NCBI GenBank assembly: GCA_045645725.1
Contig: JAZRJG010000021.1
Location: 965-64,964 of the forward strand
DNA length: 64,000 nt
From: Candidatus Enterousia sp.
GTDB lineage: Bacteria; Pseudomonadota; Alphaproteobacteria; Rs-D84
Reading direction: 5' to 3'
How positions within the stretch are numbered: position 1 is the first letter of the stretch; the number at the start of each line of letters is the position of its first letter. The notes below the pieces were generated by a model. The model had not been told where the DNA came from. It was given only the letters and a program-made list of their open reading frames with translations, and searched no databases. Made by a program: the position numbers and the translations under genes. Positions 9,247-17,858 of this stretch are shown here, one piece after another.

Positions 9247-9269
9247 GCGACCGTTGTGGTCGTTTTTTT
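9247..9269 (+). terminator. rho-independent terminator after tRNA-Phe
   Basis: The stem is gcgacc/ggtcgt with loop gttgt, followed by a T7 run. Confidence 0.6.
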
Positions 9270-9300
9270 ATTGTCAAAGGAGATGGTGCGGTTATTCATT

Positions 9301-10776
9301 TTATTTCCCCATAATTACTGTTGGGCGGTTATTAATGCCGGCGGCCGATTCGATATGTTTGGCCAATTGCAGAACACGCATGTCTGAAAAACGTGGACCA
9401 ACAACTTGCATTCCCAATGGCAGACCGTTTGTTGCCAAGCCGCATGGTACGCTGCATGCAGGTACACCCGCCAAGTTCATTGCAACGGTGAATAAATCCA
9501 ATGCATAATATTCCAATGGTGTTAAACCCGCATCCAATGGCATTGCCGTTCCCGCAGATGCAGGGCATACAATTAAATCGCATTTTTCAAATGCGGCATT
9601 GAAACTGTCGGCAATCATGCGACGAACGCGTGCGGCCTGCATGAAATATACGTCATAGGATTCGCTGCTTAATACCGCGGTGCCGATAATCATACGGCGT
9701 TTGACTTCGTCGCCAAAGCCGGCGGCGCGTGTTTTCTTGAATGTGTCGTATATATCTGTGCCTTCTATACGCAATCCATAGCGCATACCGTCATAGCGTG
9801 CCAAGTTCGATGATGCTTCGGCCGGTGCAATGATATAGTATGCCGCCAATGCATCCAATATATTTGGTATGGACACTTCGACAATTTCCGCACCCATAGA
9901 TTTTAAGTCGGCAATTCTTTTTTCAAATAAATTTTTCATATCATCGGAAATTGCGACATCTGCAAATTCTTTGATTACGCCGACACGCAGTGTTTTGCCA
10001 TCGCCCAATACGGGTGTTAATGGTGCATCGCATTTGAAATCACCGTGCGCACTGGTTGAATCTTTTTCGTCGTGTCCGGCCATTGCAGACAATAATAATG
10101 CGGTGTCATCGACGGTACGTGCAATTGGGCCGGGGGTATCCAAAGAAGATGCAAATGCAACGCATCCCCAACGTGAACACAAACCATATGTTGGCTTCAT
10201 GCCAACCAATCCTGTAATCGCCGCAGGAAAGCGTATAGAGCCACCTGTGTCTGTGCCGGTTGCGCCCAATGCCAATCCAGAAGCCACCGCCGATGTTGAG
10301 CCGCCCGAAGAACCGCCGGCGGTTAATTTGTTTTCCATTTGCCATGGATTAATCGGGGCGCCAAAGTAACTTGTTTTGCTGAAAGTGCCCATCGCAAATT
10401 CGTCCAGATTTGCTTTGCCCAACATAACTGTACCGGCATCAATAAATTTTTGTGATACGGTCGATTCGTATTCAGGCACAAAGTTTTCCAACATACGTGA
10501 TGCCGCAGTTGTGCGAATGCCACGTGTTGCGAACAAATCCTTCATCGCAATTGGAATACCGTCCAAGGGCAGGGCGTTGCCGGCACTGCGTCTGGCGTCA
10601 GATGCAGCAGCGTCAGCGAGTGCGCGTTCCGGTGTCACAGTGATATAGCAATTCAAATCTGTGCCATATTTTTCAATGCGGTCCAGATATGCGCGTGTCA
10701 ATTCAACAGCAGAAGTTTCGCCGCTGTTCAGTTTTGCCAATGCTTCGGTCAATGTTAAGTTTATCATTTTGCTCAC
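9301..10776 (-). CDS. gatA: Glu-tRNA(Gln) amidotransferase subunit A
   Basis: The 491-aa product has the amidase signature. The N-terminal LTEALAKLNSGETSAVELTRAYLDRIE is present. A Ser-cisSer-Lys region with GGSSGGS is present. Confidence 0.95.
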   Translation of the reverse strand: MSKMINLTLTEALAKLNSGETSAVELTRAYLDRIEKYGTDLNCYITVTPERALADAAASDARRSAGNALPLDGIPIAMKDLFATRGIRTTAASRMLENFVPEYESTVSQKFIDAGTVMLGKANLDEFAMGTFSKTSYFGAPINPWQMENKLTAGGSSGGSTSAVASGLALGATGTDTGGSIRFPAAITGLVGMKPTYGLCSRWGCVAFASSLDTPGPIARTVDDTALLLSAMAGHDEKDSTSAHGDFKCDAPLTPVLGDGKTLRVGVIKEFADVAISDDMKNLFEKRIADLKSMGAEIVEVSIPNILDALAAYYIIAPAEASSNLARYDGMRYGLRIEGTDIYDTFKKTRAAGFGDEVKRRMIIGTAVLSSESYDVYFMQAARVRRMIADSFNAAFEKCDLIVCPASAGTAMPLDAGLTPLEYYALDLFTVAMNLAGVPACSVPCGLATNGLPLGMQVVGPRFSDMRVLQLAKHIESAAGINNRPTVIMGK

Positions 10777-10796
10777 TTTCCGTTTTTTGTTGTTTT

Positions 10797-11075
10797 TTAC
10801 CTGCTGTGTTTTAAGTAATTTTTTAAGAACTTTGTCCGTACTATATTTGTTAAATAGCGACCACGATTTATAATAATTTTTGGTGTGACTGGGACTTGGT
10901 TGCCCGGGGAATATGTATAGCGACCCGTTGATGGTCCAATAACGCCAATTTTTGTACGTGGTGCCTCGATAGAATAATATACTTCTAACTGTAATGTGGC
11001 ATTTTGAATGTCACACACGTTTAACTGGGGATCCAGTGGCACTATGCTGCTGCATTTTGATATTGTGTACTTCAT
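10797..11075 (-). CDS. hypothetical small basic protein P4 (92 aa), embedded in the gatC-gatA operon
   Basis: The start is the internal ATG. It forms an ATGA start/stop overlap with upstream P3. The stop lies 20 nt before the gatA start. There is no signal peptide. Function unknown. Confidence 0.5.
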   Translation of the reverse strand: MKYTISKCSSIVPLDPQLNVCDIQNATLQLEVYYSIEAPRTKIGVIGPSTGRYTYSPGNQVPVTPKIIINRGRYLTNIVRTKFLKNYLKHSR

Positions 11076-11497
11076 TTGGTTCGTTCCTGTTTTATCTGTG
11101 ATGTGCGTATTTGTTTGCTGTATGCGTTTGCAAAAATTACAGACCACACGTTTGTGCGCATGAATTCGTCTGCGCATTTTCCGGCCGATGCACGTTTAAT
11201 ACATTCTTGTATTTTTTTTGATGTTGGTAATGCACGGATTGCATTTAATCCAATGTATTTGCATGGCATTTTGGTGTTGCAATCAATATCGCAAATTATT
11301 TCAAATGTGACGTGCGTTTTGCCGGTTACGACATCATAGCCAAAATACACATCTGGGAAATTCATGCAATGACATTGTAGGTGTGTTGTAGATAGGTTGT
11401 TTAACACTTGGATCGCAGCAGATGCGGGTATAGGTGTGCCAACCGGTGTGTTCGCACCAAATGGTTTTGTTCCAAAAAATGTTTGTACTGTCTTCAT
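11072..11497 (-). CDS. hypothetical Cys-containing protein P3 (141 aa), a paralog of P1
   Basis: It shares an N[FW]P...GY.VT block with P1. It shares the C-terminal KIQECIKRASAGKCADEF...AYSKQ module with P1 and P2. Confidence 0.55.
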   Translation of the reverse strand: MKTVQTFFGTKPFGANTPVGTPIPASAAIQVLNNLSTTHLQCHCMNFPDVYFGYDVVTGKTHVTFEIICDIDCNTKMPCKYIGLNAIRALPTSKKIQECIKRASAGKCADEFMRTNVWSVIFANAYSKQIRTSQIKQERTK

Positions 11498-11499
11498 TT

Positions 11500-11877
11500 T
11501 TATCGTTGTTTGTTATAACTTTCGGGCCAAAATACCATGGCGATATTTTTGATTGCTATTGGGTCTTGGCACAGGCCACGTGACATGCGGCCCAGACATG
11601 CACGCATTTTGTCCGTTGGACGTAATGCGTTAATGTTGCCGCCCGTTGCGTGGTTGCATGGTGCGCATAATGTTTTGCCAAATGAACCGATAACAGCGGC
11701 GTTTGTGTCACTTAACATATGTATGTATATTTCCTGTAAACATGGCGCCTTGGTGTCTTGGGTGGATTTTATAAATCTGGACATTTGACGTGTTTTTGTA
11801 ATAGATATCTTTTGACTGATGTTGTATGTAACATCTGTATCTGTATCGTAAAAAGTTACCGTTATATTATTTGCCAT
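11500..11877 (-). CDS. hypothetical Cys-containing protein P2 (125 aa)
   Basis: The C-terminal ...CLGRMSRGLCQDPIAIKNIAMVFWPESYNKQR matches the P1/P3 C-terminal module. The gap to P3 is 2 nt. Confidence 0.5.
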   Translation of the reverse strand: MANNITVTFYDTDTDVTYNISQKISITKTRQMSRFIKSTQDTKAPCLQEIYIHMLSDTNAAVIGSFGKTLCAPCNHATGGNINALRPTDKMRACLGRMSRGLCQDPIAIKNIAMVFWPESYNKQR

Positions 11878-11888
11878 ATATAAATCTT

Positions 11889-12314
11889 TTATTTTTGTTT
11901 TGTATAGTGTTCTGGGAATAAAACCATCCCCAGGGTTTTTTGTATAAATTCATCACAACATTTGCCGTTACGCAAATTTTTGGCACAGCGTTTAATTTTT
12001 TGTGCGTCGGTTTGATTCTTTTTTTGTGCGCAGCACTTTGGGTATCTGTCGGGATAGAACATTCCGTCCAAATCCAATTGTGGTGTGCGTGCGCCGGCGT
12101 CATATGTTCGGCCGAAACGGACGCGATCCGTATATTGTAAACCCATTGATAGAATGCATGCGTTTTTGTCCGGTGTGGCGGACGCAAAGACATTCATCAA
12201 ATTTTCTATTGTGTTATGCGTGACATAGCCCAAAAGAGAAATGTGGGTTGGCCAGTTTTCATATGGATCATATGCGACCATATTCACGGGAATGTTTCGT
12301 TTTGTGTCGGACAT
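11889..12314 (-). CDS. hypothetical Cys-containing protein P1 (141 aa)
   Basis: The start lies 3 nt after the gatC stop. The C-terminal reads ...KIKRCAKNLRNGKCCDEFIQKTLGMVLFPEHYTKQK. Confidence 0.55.
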   Translation of the reverse strand: MSDTKRNIPVNMVAYDPYENWPTHISLLGYVTHNTIENLMNVFASATPDKNACILSMGLQYTDRVRFGRTYDAGARTPQLDLDGMFYPDRYPKCCAQKKNQTDAQKIKRCAKNLRNGKCCDEFIQKTLGMVLFPEHYTKQK

Positions 12315-12317
12315 TAC

Positions 12318-12620
12318 TTAATCCCCATCCATAACCTTTGGTACCGCAAAGTATCCACGTGATGTGCCGGCGTTGTCGGGTGCGTTTGCCAAAACCAAAT
12401 CGCGAATATTACCGTCGGTTACAACGTCTTGGCGTGTTGGTAATTTGTGTTCAGATGGGTTTAACAATGGTTCAACGCCCGTTGTGTCAATTTTCTGTAA
12501 TTTATCCAACCATTCAACGACCGAATCAATGTTCATTTCGGCCAATTTTTCATCCGATATTTCAATCTTAATCAGGTCTGCGAATTTTTGTAATTGTTGC
12601 TTGCTAAATGCCATTTTCAA
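12318..12620 (-). CDS. gatC: Glu-tRNA(Gln) amidotransferase subunit C
   Basis: The product is 100 aa. It has ...IEISDEKLAEMNIDSVVEWLDKLQKIDTTGVEPLLNP...GYFAVPKVMD, which matches the GatC pattern. Confidence 0.85.
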   Translation of the reverse strand: MKMAFSKQQLQKFADLIKIEISDEKLAEMNIDSVVEWLDKLQKIDTTGVEPLLNPSEHKLPTRQDVVTDGNIRDLVLANAPDNAGTSRGYFAVPKVMDGD

Positions 12621-12652
12621 TCCTATTATTTATAGAGTAAAGGGATTATACA

Positions 12653-13105
12653 ATGATTTTGCCAGATTTCAAGGGTTTTCCACGTTCGGGACGTATATTG
12701 GGAATTGATTGGGGATTACGCAGAATTGGTGTTGCGATATCTGATCCGTCGCATGAATTTGTTTTTGTGCGACCGGTGATAAATATTGTGCGTGGTGCAA
12801 ATAATCATGCGGCGGTTGTTGCGCGTCTTGCCCAAGAAGAGGGGGCGGTTGGTATTGTTGTTGGGTTGCCGGTTCGTGGTGATGGATCGGAATCAGATAC
12901 GACACGTTTGGTAAAGCAATTTGTTACAGAATTATCCAGTGTGACCGATTTGCCGATTTGTACAATAGAAGAAAATTTGACGTCGGCCACCGCACAAGAT
13001 GAAATGGGCCGCGTGCGTGTTCGTGATTTAAAAGAACGGTTGGATTCTGAATCTGCACGTGTGATTTTAGAAAATGCAATTGCAATGATAAAACGGGCTT
13101 TGTAA
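12653..13105 (+). CDS. ruvX: Holliday-junction resolvase-like / pre-16S rRNA nuclease YqgF (RuvX)
   Basis: The product is 150 aa. The N-terminal RILGIDWGLRRIGVAISDP matches the RNase H-like YqgF N-terminal motif. It is divergent from gatC. Confidence 0.8.
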   Translation: MILPDFKGFPRSGRILGIDWGLRRIGVAISDPSHEFVFVRPVINIVRGANNHAAVVARLAQEEGAVGIVVGLPVRGDGSESDTTRLVKQFVTELSSVTDLPICTIEENLTSATAQDEMGRVRVRDLKERLDSESARVILENAIAMIKRAL

Positions 13106-13121
13106 TAAAAAGCCCGTTTTT
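13091..13121. terminator. bidirectional rho-independent terminator between ruvX and the AI-2E transporter gene
   Basis: The stem is aaacgggctt/aagcccgttt, flanked by T-runs on both sides. Confidence 0.7.
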
Positions 13122-13140
13122 AATGCGTATAGCGTGTTTT

Positions 13141-14172
13141 TTATTCATCGCTTTTGTCGGGGATGTTGCCATCTGCGGACAGTAATACCGCAATCCAACG
13201 TGTAGAATCAAATTGTGCGCATGTGATATAAACGGCAACCAACATAGGGACACTGAAAAACATACCGGCAATGCCCCAAACCATACCCCAGAATACCAAG
13301 TTGATTAATATTGCCAATGTAGACAGGTTTAAGGTTTTGCCCGTTAATTTGGGTTCTATAATATTTCCAAATAATATTTGCAGACCGATTAACCCGACCG
13401 CTGTTAATAAAGGTTGTTGTAATGAAGGGGCGGTGACCAATGAATATAAAATTGGTAATCCGCATGCAACAAATGCGCCGATTGTTGGAATATAACTGGT
13501 GATAAATACGATAAATGCCCAGACGCCTGCAAATTCAACACCGATTATCTGCAACCATATGTATGAAACAATGCCGGTTATTGCAGAGATAGCGGTTTTT
13601 ACAAACAGATACTTTTTCATGTTTGTATCAATGCTGTCCAGTATATAGCGTAATTTTTTTGATTGACGACGGGACGGAAACATTGATGCAAATTTTTGAT
13701 TAAATGTGCTTTGTTCGACAAACATAAATATCAGATATATTATAACCATGCCCATGGATGTGGCGATGCCGGCAATCGACGACCCTATGTTTGATGCCAT
13801 TTGGGTAATGTTGGGTAACATTGATGTGTCAAATTTGATGTCCAATGCTTCAGACATGTATTCGCCCAATGCAATCAATTTTGATTGTAGTGCAGGCAGT
13901 GCAGCAACCAATTCAGAGAACATGGGGCGGATTTGAGTCACAAAGAAATATATGGTTAATGCCAATGTGGTAAATGATGACAGATTGGCCAGCCAATCAA
14001 ATGCGCGCGACCAAAAGCGTGAGTTTTCTTTGCGTGGCAAGGCCCGACGATAGTAATCGGAAATTGCGTTTAACAGGTACCATAAAAATGCCGCGATTAA
14101 TAATGGTATCAAAATTGAACGCCCCAACCACAGTAGTAACAGCAGGGCCAAGAATGTAAATATTCCACGCAT
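13141..14172 (-). CDS. AI-2E family transporter (PerM/TqsA-like permease)
   Basis: The 343-aa product is polytopic. The C-terminal region ...FGNIIEPKLTGKTLNLSTLAILINLVFWGMVWGIAGMFFSVP is typical of the AI-2E family. Confidence 0.8.
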   Translation of the reverse strand: MRGIFTFLALLLLLWLGRSILIPLLIAAFLWYLLNAISDYYRRALPRKENSRFWSRAFDWLANLSSFTTLALTIYFFVTQIRPMFSELVAALPALQSKLIALGEYMSEALDIKFDTSMLPNITQMASNIGSSIAGIATSMGMVIIYLIFMFVEQSTFNQKFASMFPSRRQSKKLRYILDSIDTNMKKYLFVKTAISAITGIVSYIWLQIIGVEFAGVWAFIVFITSYIPTIGAFVACGLPILYSLVTAPSLQQPLLTAVGLIGLQILFGNIIEPKLTGKTLNLSTLAILINLVFWGMVWGIAGMFFSVPMLVAVYITCAQFDSTRWIAVLLSADGNIPDKSDE

Positions 14173-14190
14173 GATTTGTCCTTTGTGTGA

Positions 14191-15081
14191 TTACATATTT
14201 TGTTCAACGGCAGGTACTGTGTCGTTTATGTTTATTGTAACTGGGTCTGTTATTGCAGGGACCAGTGTAAAGAACAATGATGTTGCGATAATGACAACTA
14301 AATTCATTATCACGCATACGGTTGCGTATTTGCCACCCATGTCTTTGATAAAGTTCTTTTGACCGACGTTAACAACGGTTAATGCCATAATTAATATCGC
14401 CGTCAGGTTTAATAGTAACGCGATAAAACCACTGGTGAACATACTGGTGGCCAGAAATACAAAAGTATACAGGATTATTGCGTTGCGTGGGCGCGCCATT
14501 GTCCAATCGGTTAATTTATTTAATGTCTTTGAATTCGATTCAATACAAGGACTGTTTTTATCGTTTGTGTCTAATATGTATGCCATTGTCGTCAAAGCCG
14601 ATACGCCAACAGGGTATCCCAATATAATTTTCCAAAAAGGGACTTTTAATGTGCGCAGACGACGGTATGTTAAATAAATGGCGACTATGGTCAGCCCCAG
14701 TGCGTAAACCCCCAACATAACCATTGCGATTAATTCCAGTGTTGGTAAAAACCAATTGGTTGCTATGGGTGTGTCAGGTGCATTGTATTTCGCGATAATT
14801 GGGGCGATTATTGCGATGGCCAATGTGCTGATTATCCATATGGTATTGGTGGTTAATATGAAGCTGCGACGATTGATGTATGTTGTGCTGGGTAACATGC
14901 GTACCAGCAGCAGTATGCCCAATATCACTGTGATGATTGGTGTGGCGATTTGTAATGCGTGTATTTTGGTGCCAAATAATATTGTCGAACATGCGATTGT
15001 TAAAGCCACGAACAGGGCCGAAAACTGTAATGGTTTCCATAAAACCCAAGATATTAATTTTGTGGTTTTGTTCTCTCTCAT
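14191..15081 (-). CDS. hypothetical polytopic membrane protein (296 aa)
   Basis: It has about 8 hydrophobic helices. It lies downstream of sufC where sufD would be expected. No recognisable motif. Confidence 0.5.
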   Translation of the reverse strand: MRENKTTKLISWVLWKPLQFSALFVALTIACSTILFGTKIHALQIATPIITVILGILLLVRMLPSTTYINRRSFILTTNTIWIISTLAIAIIAPIIAKYNAPDTPIATNWFLPTLELIAMVMLGVYALGLTIVAIYLTYRRLRTLKVPFWKIILGYPVGVSALTTMAYILDTNDKNSPCIESNSKTLNKLTDWTMARPRNAIILYTFVFLATSMFTSGFIALLLNLTAILIMALTVVNVGQKNFIKDMGGKYATVCVIMNLVVIIATSLFFTLVPAITDPVTININDTVPAVEQNM

Positions 15082-15113
15082 TTTTGTTGTCCCCTTGGTT
15101 TTGTTTGGATTAA

Positions 15114-15788
15114 TTATATCATAATTTTACCGTTCGATAAAGTAGTTGTGCCGGTTACAGGTATTAATTCTGTAAAGGATTTTTGATGGCTGATTATCAA
15201 AAAAGTGGTGTCGGTCATTGATGCAATTGTTTCGGCAATTGTGCGCTGGGTTTCTTGGTCGGCGCCAGAATCAGGTTCGTCCAATATTGCCAGTTTTGGT
15301 TTTGTTAACAGCAGGCGTAACAGCATTAATTTTTTGCGTTCGCCACCGGAAAATCCGACGTTAATACTGCGGTTCAGCCATTCGCGCGGGATATTTAATT
15401 TTGTGCGTGCGGTTTCCAGATTTTCTAAAAATTCTGCCATAGATAAATCGTGGCCTGTTTGAAAATGTGTGTGGGCCGCACAAGAGTGTTTTAAAAAACT
15501 GATTACCGTCAGACCGGGGATTTCGGGAACGTGTTGTGATGCCAAAAATATTCCCATTAATGCGCGCGTTGTAGTGTTTTCGTTTGTAATGTCGCGGTCG
15601 TCAAATTTGATTGTGCCGGATTTGATTGTGAATTCGGGGTTGCCGGCAATGGTGTTTGCCAATGTGGATTTGCCACAGCCGTTATGTCCCGCCAACAGAT
15701 GACGTTCGCCCGGGTTAACGGTTAAGTTTATGTTTGATAGTAATTGGCGTTCGCCCAGAAATACGTCTAAGTTCTTGATTTCTAACAT
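15114..15788 (-). CDS. sufC: Fe-S cluster assembly ATPase SufC
   Basis: The Walker A is GHNGCGKSTL. The ABC signature is FSGGERKK. The Walker B is LAILDEPDSG. The product is 224 aa and lies directly downstream of sufB. Confidence 0.9.
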   Translation of the reverse strand: MLEIKNLDVFLGERQLLSNINLTVNPGERHLLAGHNGCGKSTLANTIAGNPEFTIKSGTIKFDDRDITNENTTTRALMGIFLASQHVPEIPGLTVISFLKHSCAAHTHFQTGHDLSMAEFLENLETARTKLNIPREWLNRSINVGFSGGERKKLMLLRLLLTKPKLAILDEPDSGADQETQRTIAETIASMTDTTFLIISHQKSFTELIPVTGTTTLSNGKIMI

Positions 15789-15792
15789 TGTA

Positions 15793-17121
15793 TCAATCCT
15801 TGGATAATGCCATTTGTATTAATTGTTTTGATTCAACCAAAAATTCCATCGGCAGACGTGAAATAACCGGTGCGGCCGTTGCGCCAATAATTAATGCGGT
15901 GGCTGCGTCGGTGTCAATGCCCGCCATATTCAAATATGTTAATGTTGCGGCGTCTATTTTTCCGGTTGTTGCTTCGTGTGATATGTCGTTGTTTGTGCCG
16001 CCGTGGATAATTCGGGGCAGGGTATTCGCAGTCGCGTGGTTGCCAATTAAACGTGTGTCGCATTTTGATGCGTTTGTACAGTTGTTGCCAGAAAAAGAAA
16101 CCAAACTGCGAAATGTTTGGGTCGAAGAATCCAATGCAACGCCGTATGACACAATGTTTGAGGTTGTGTTATTGCCAATGTGTATCATTTTTGTGCCTGT
16201 GTCGGCCATTTGGGCGCCGCGTGTGATAGATAAAGAATAAAAGTCGCTGGACGCATTGTTTCCGGATAAAATTGTGGATGGATATTTCCACGTCAGGGCG
16301 GATCCAATCTCCATTTGTGTCCATAGCAGTTTTGCGTTGTTTGCGCATTTGCCACGTTTTGTTACAAAGTTTAATATGCCGCCGATATTTTTGGTTCCGT
16401 CAAAGTCGCCCGCGAACCAGTTTTGTACAGTTGCATATTTTACAGTTGCGTTGTCCAATACGACGATTTCAACGACGCCACTGTGCAGTTGGTGGTTTGG
16501 ACGGCGGGGGGCGCTGCAACCTTCCATATAGGTTAATTCGGCGCCGGTGTCGGCAATGATTAATGTGCGTTCAAATTGTCCAATTTTTGCGGTTTCTATT
16601 CTGAAAAAACTGGCCAAATCGATTGGGCATTTTGTGTTTGGTGGAATGTAAACAAAAGTGCCGTCGGAAAATACCGCCGCATTTAATGCCGCAAAGAAGT
16701 TGTCGGTTTTTGGTACGACGGTGCCTAAATATTTTTTTACCAGTTCGGGGTGCTGTATGACCGCATCAGACATTGGCATAAATATAATTCCCAAACGTTG
16801 TAATTCGGCTGTGTATGATGTATGTACGGAACGGCTGTCTATGACCGTGTCTGTGGCCATACCCATTAATGCGCGCTTTTCATTTTCGGGTAATCCCATT
16901 TTGTCGTATATTGCACCAAGGTCTGAATTGTCCACCGGTGCGGGTTCGTTATAATAATTTAGTGCGTCATAATCAATTGGCGCATAATCAATTATCCCCC
17001 AATGTGGTTCGGACATTTGGCGCCATGCCTTATACGCGTCCAGACGCCATTGTAACAACCAATCGGGCTCTTGACGTTTGGCGGATATTTCGCGGATAAG
17101 TTTGGGCGACAGTTTTGACAT
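15793..17121 (-). CDS. sufB: Fe-S cluster assembly protein SufB (short form, 442 aa)
   Basis: SufB-like blocks are present: ...GIIFMPMSDAVIQHPELVKKYLGTVVP, GTFVYIPPNTKCP, HSGVVEIVVLDNATVKYATVQNW and TWKYP. No separate sufD is present in the window. Confidence 0.8.
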   Translation of the reverse strand: MSKLSPKLIREISAKRQEPDWLLQWRLDAYKAWRQMSEPHWGIIDYAPIDYDALNYYNEPAPVDNSDLGAIYDKMGLPENEKRALMGMATDTVIDSRSVHTSYTAELQRLGIIFMPMSDAVIQHPELVKKYLGTVVPKTDNFFAALNAAVFSDGTFVYIPPNTKCPIDLASFFRIETAKIGQFERTLIIADTGAELTYMEGCSAPRRPNHQLHSGVVEIVVLDNATVKYATVQNWFAGDFDGTKNIGGILNFVTKRGKCANNAKLLWTQMEIGSALTWKYPSTILSGNNASSDFYSLSITRGAQMADTGTKMIHIGNNTTSNIVSYGVALDSSTQTFRSLVSFSGNNCTNASKCDTRLIGNHATANTLPRIIHGGTNNDISHEATTGKIDAATLTYLNMAGIDTDAATALIIGATAAPVISRLPMEFLVESKQLIQMALSKD

Positions 17122-17127
17122 TTATTT

Positions 17128-17670
17128 CTATGATCCTTGGGTGGCCAATTGTTTGGCTTGGGCAAAGAAGGTTAATGATTGCCCCAACAGGCCGTCTGTA
17201 AATGTGTTGGACAGTAAACCATCCGGTTCCGTTGTTGTCAAATGGTGCAAGAAATTATCTGCGCGACGCATATAGTTATCGACAACACGTGCAATTTCAG
17301 AGTCCAATTTAATCGCGCGACGTAATTTTTCCAGCGCGAATGGATTTTTTGCGTATTCGTCCATTATGCCACCCAGTGCGCGCCACAGTGGGTGTTCGGG
17401 GGTGTTGCGTGGCATTACGTCGATTGCCGCCATAATCGGAATCAGATTTTGCAGTAAATCTTGGTAAATCATTTCGGCGTTTTCGGCAATGGCATTTGTC
17501 GCGTATTTGTTTTTTAATACCGATTGCATTTTTACAATCAGGTTATATTGGTGTTCCAATGTCTTGTTAATGTCTGTGATTTGGGTGTGTGTGCGATGTA
17601 TATAAAACGCAATCGTAAAGCATGTGATTGTTATCAGACCAAAAAATATATACATTATGATGTTTTGCAT
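17128..17670 (-). CDS. hypothetical membrane-anchored protein (180 aa)
   Basis: There is one N-terminal TM helix. It sits immediately upstream of sufB on the same strand. No motif recognised. Confidence 0.45.
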   Translation of the reverse strand: MQNIIMYIFFGLITITCFTIAFYIHRTHTQITDINKTLEHQYNLIVKMQSVLKNKYATNAIAENAEMIYQDLLQNLIPIMAAIDVMPRNTPEHPLWRALGGIMDEYAKNPFALEKLRRAIKLDSEIARVVDNYMRRADNFLHHLTTTEPDGLLSNTFTDGLLGQSLTFFAQAKQLATQGS

Positions 17671-17786
17671 TTCTGTGCCCCCATGGATTTAGTTTGTTTG
17701 TCGGTGTTAGTATAACATACTTTTTTCGATTCGTTTGAATTTATCTGTGGTTAAAAATTAAGGTTGTTTTATGTGTGTTTTAGGTC

Positions 17787-17815
17787 TTGCACAGATTCGG
17801 TCAAATTGTTATAAT
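17787..17815 (+). promoter_or_regulatory. sigma70-like promoter upstream of the TcpQ-like/secretin genes
   Basis: The -35 is TTGCAC, the spacer is 17 bp and the -10 is TATAAT. It lies about 45 nt upstream of the RBS. Confidence 0.5.
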
Positions 17816-17858
17816 AATACATAAGATAGGAATAATATTAGGAAAAGGAAGTTAAATT

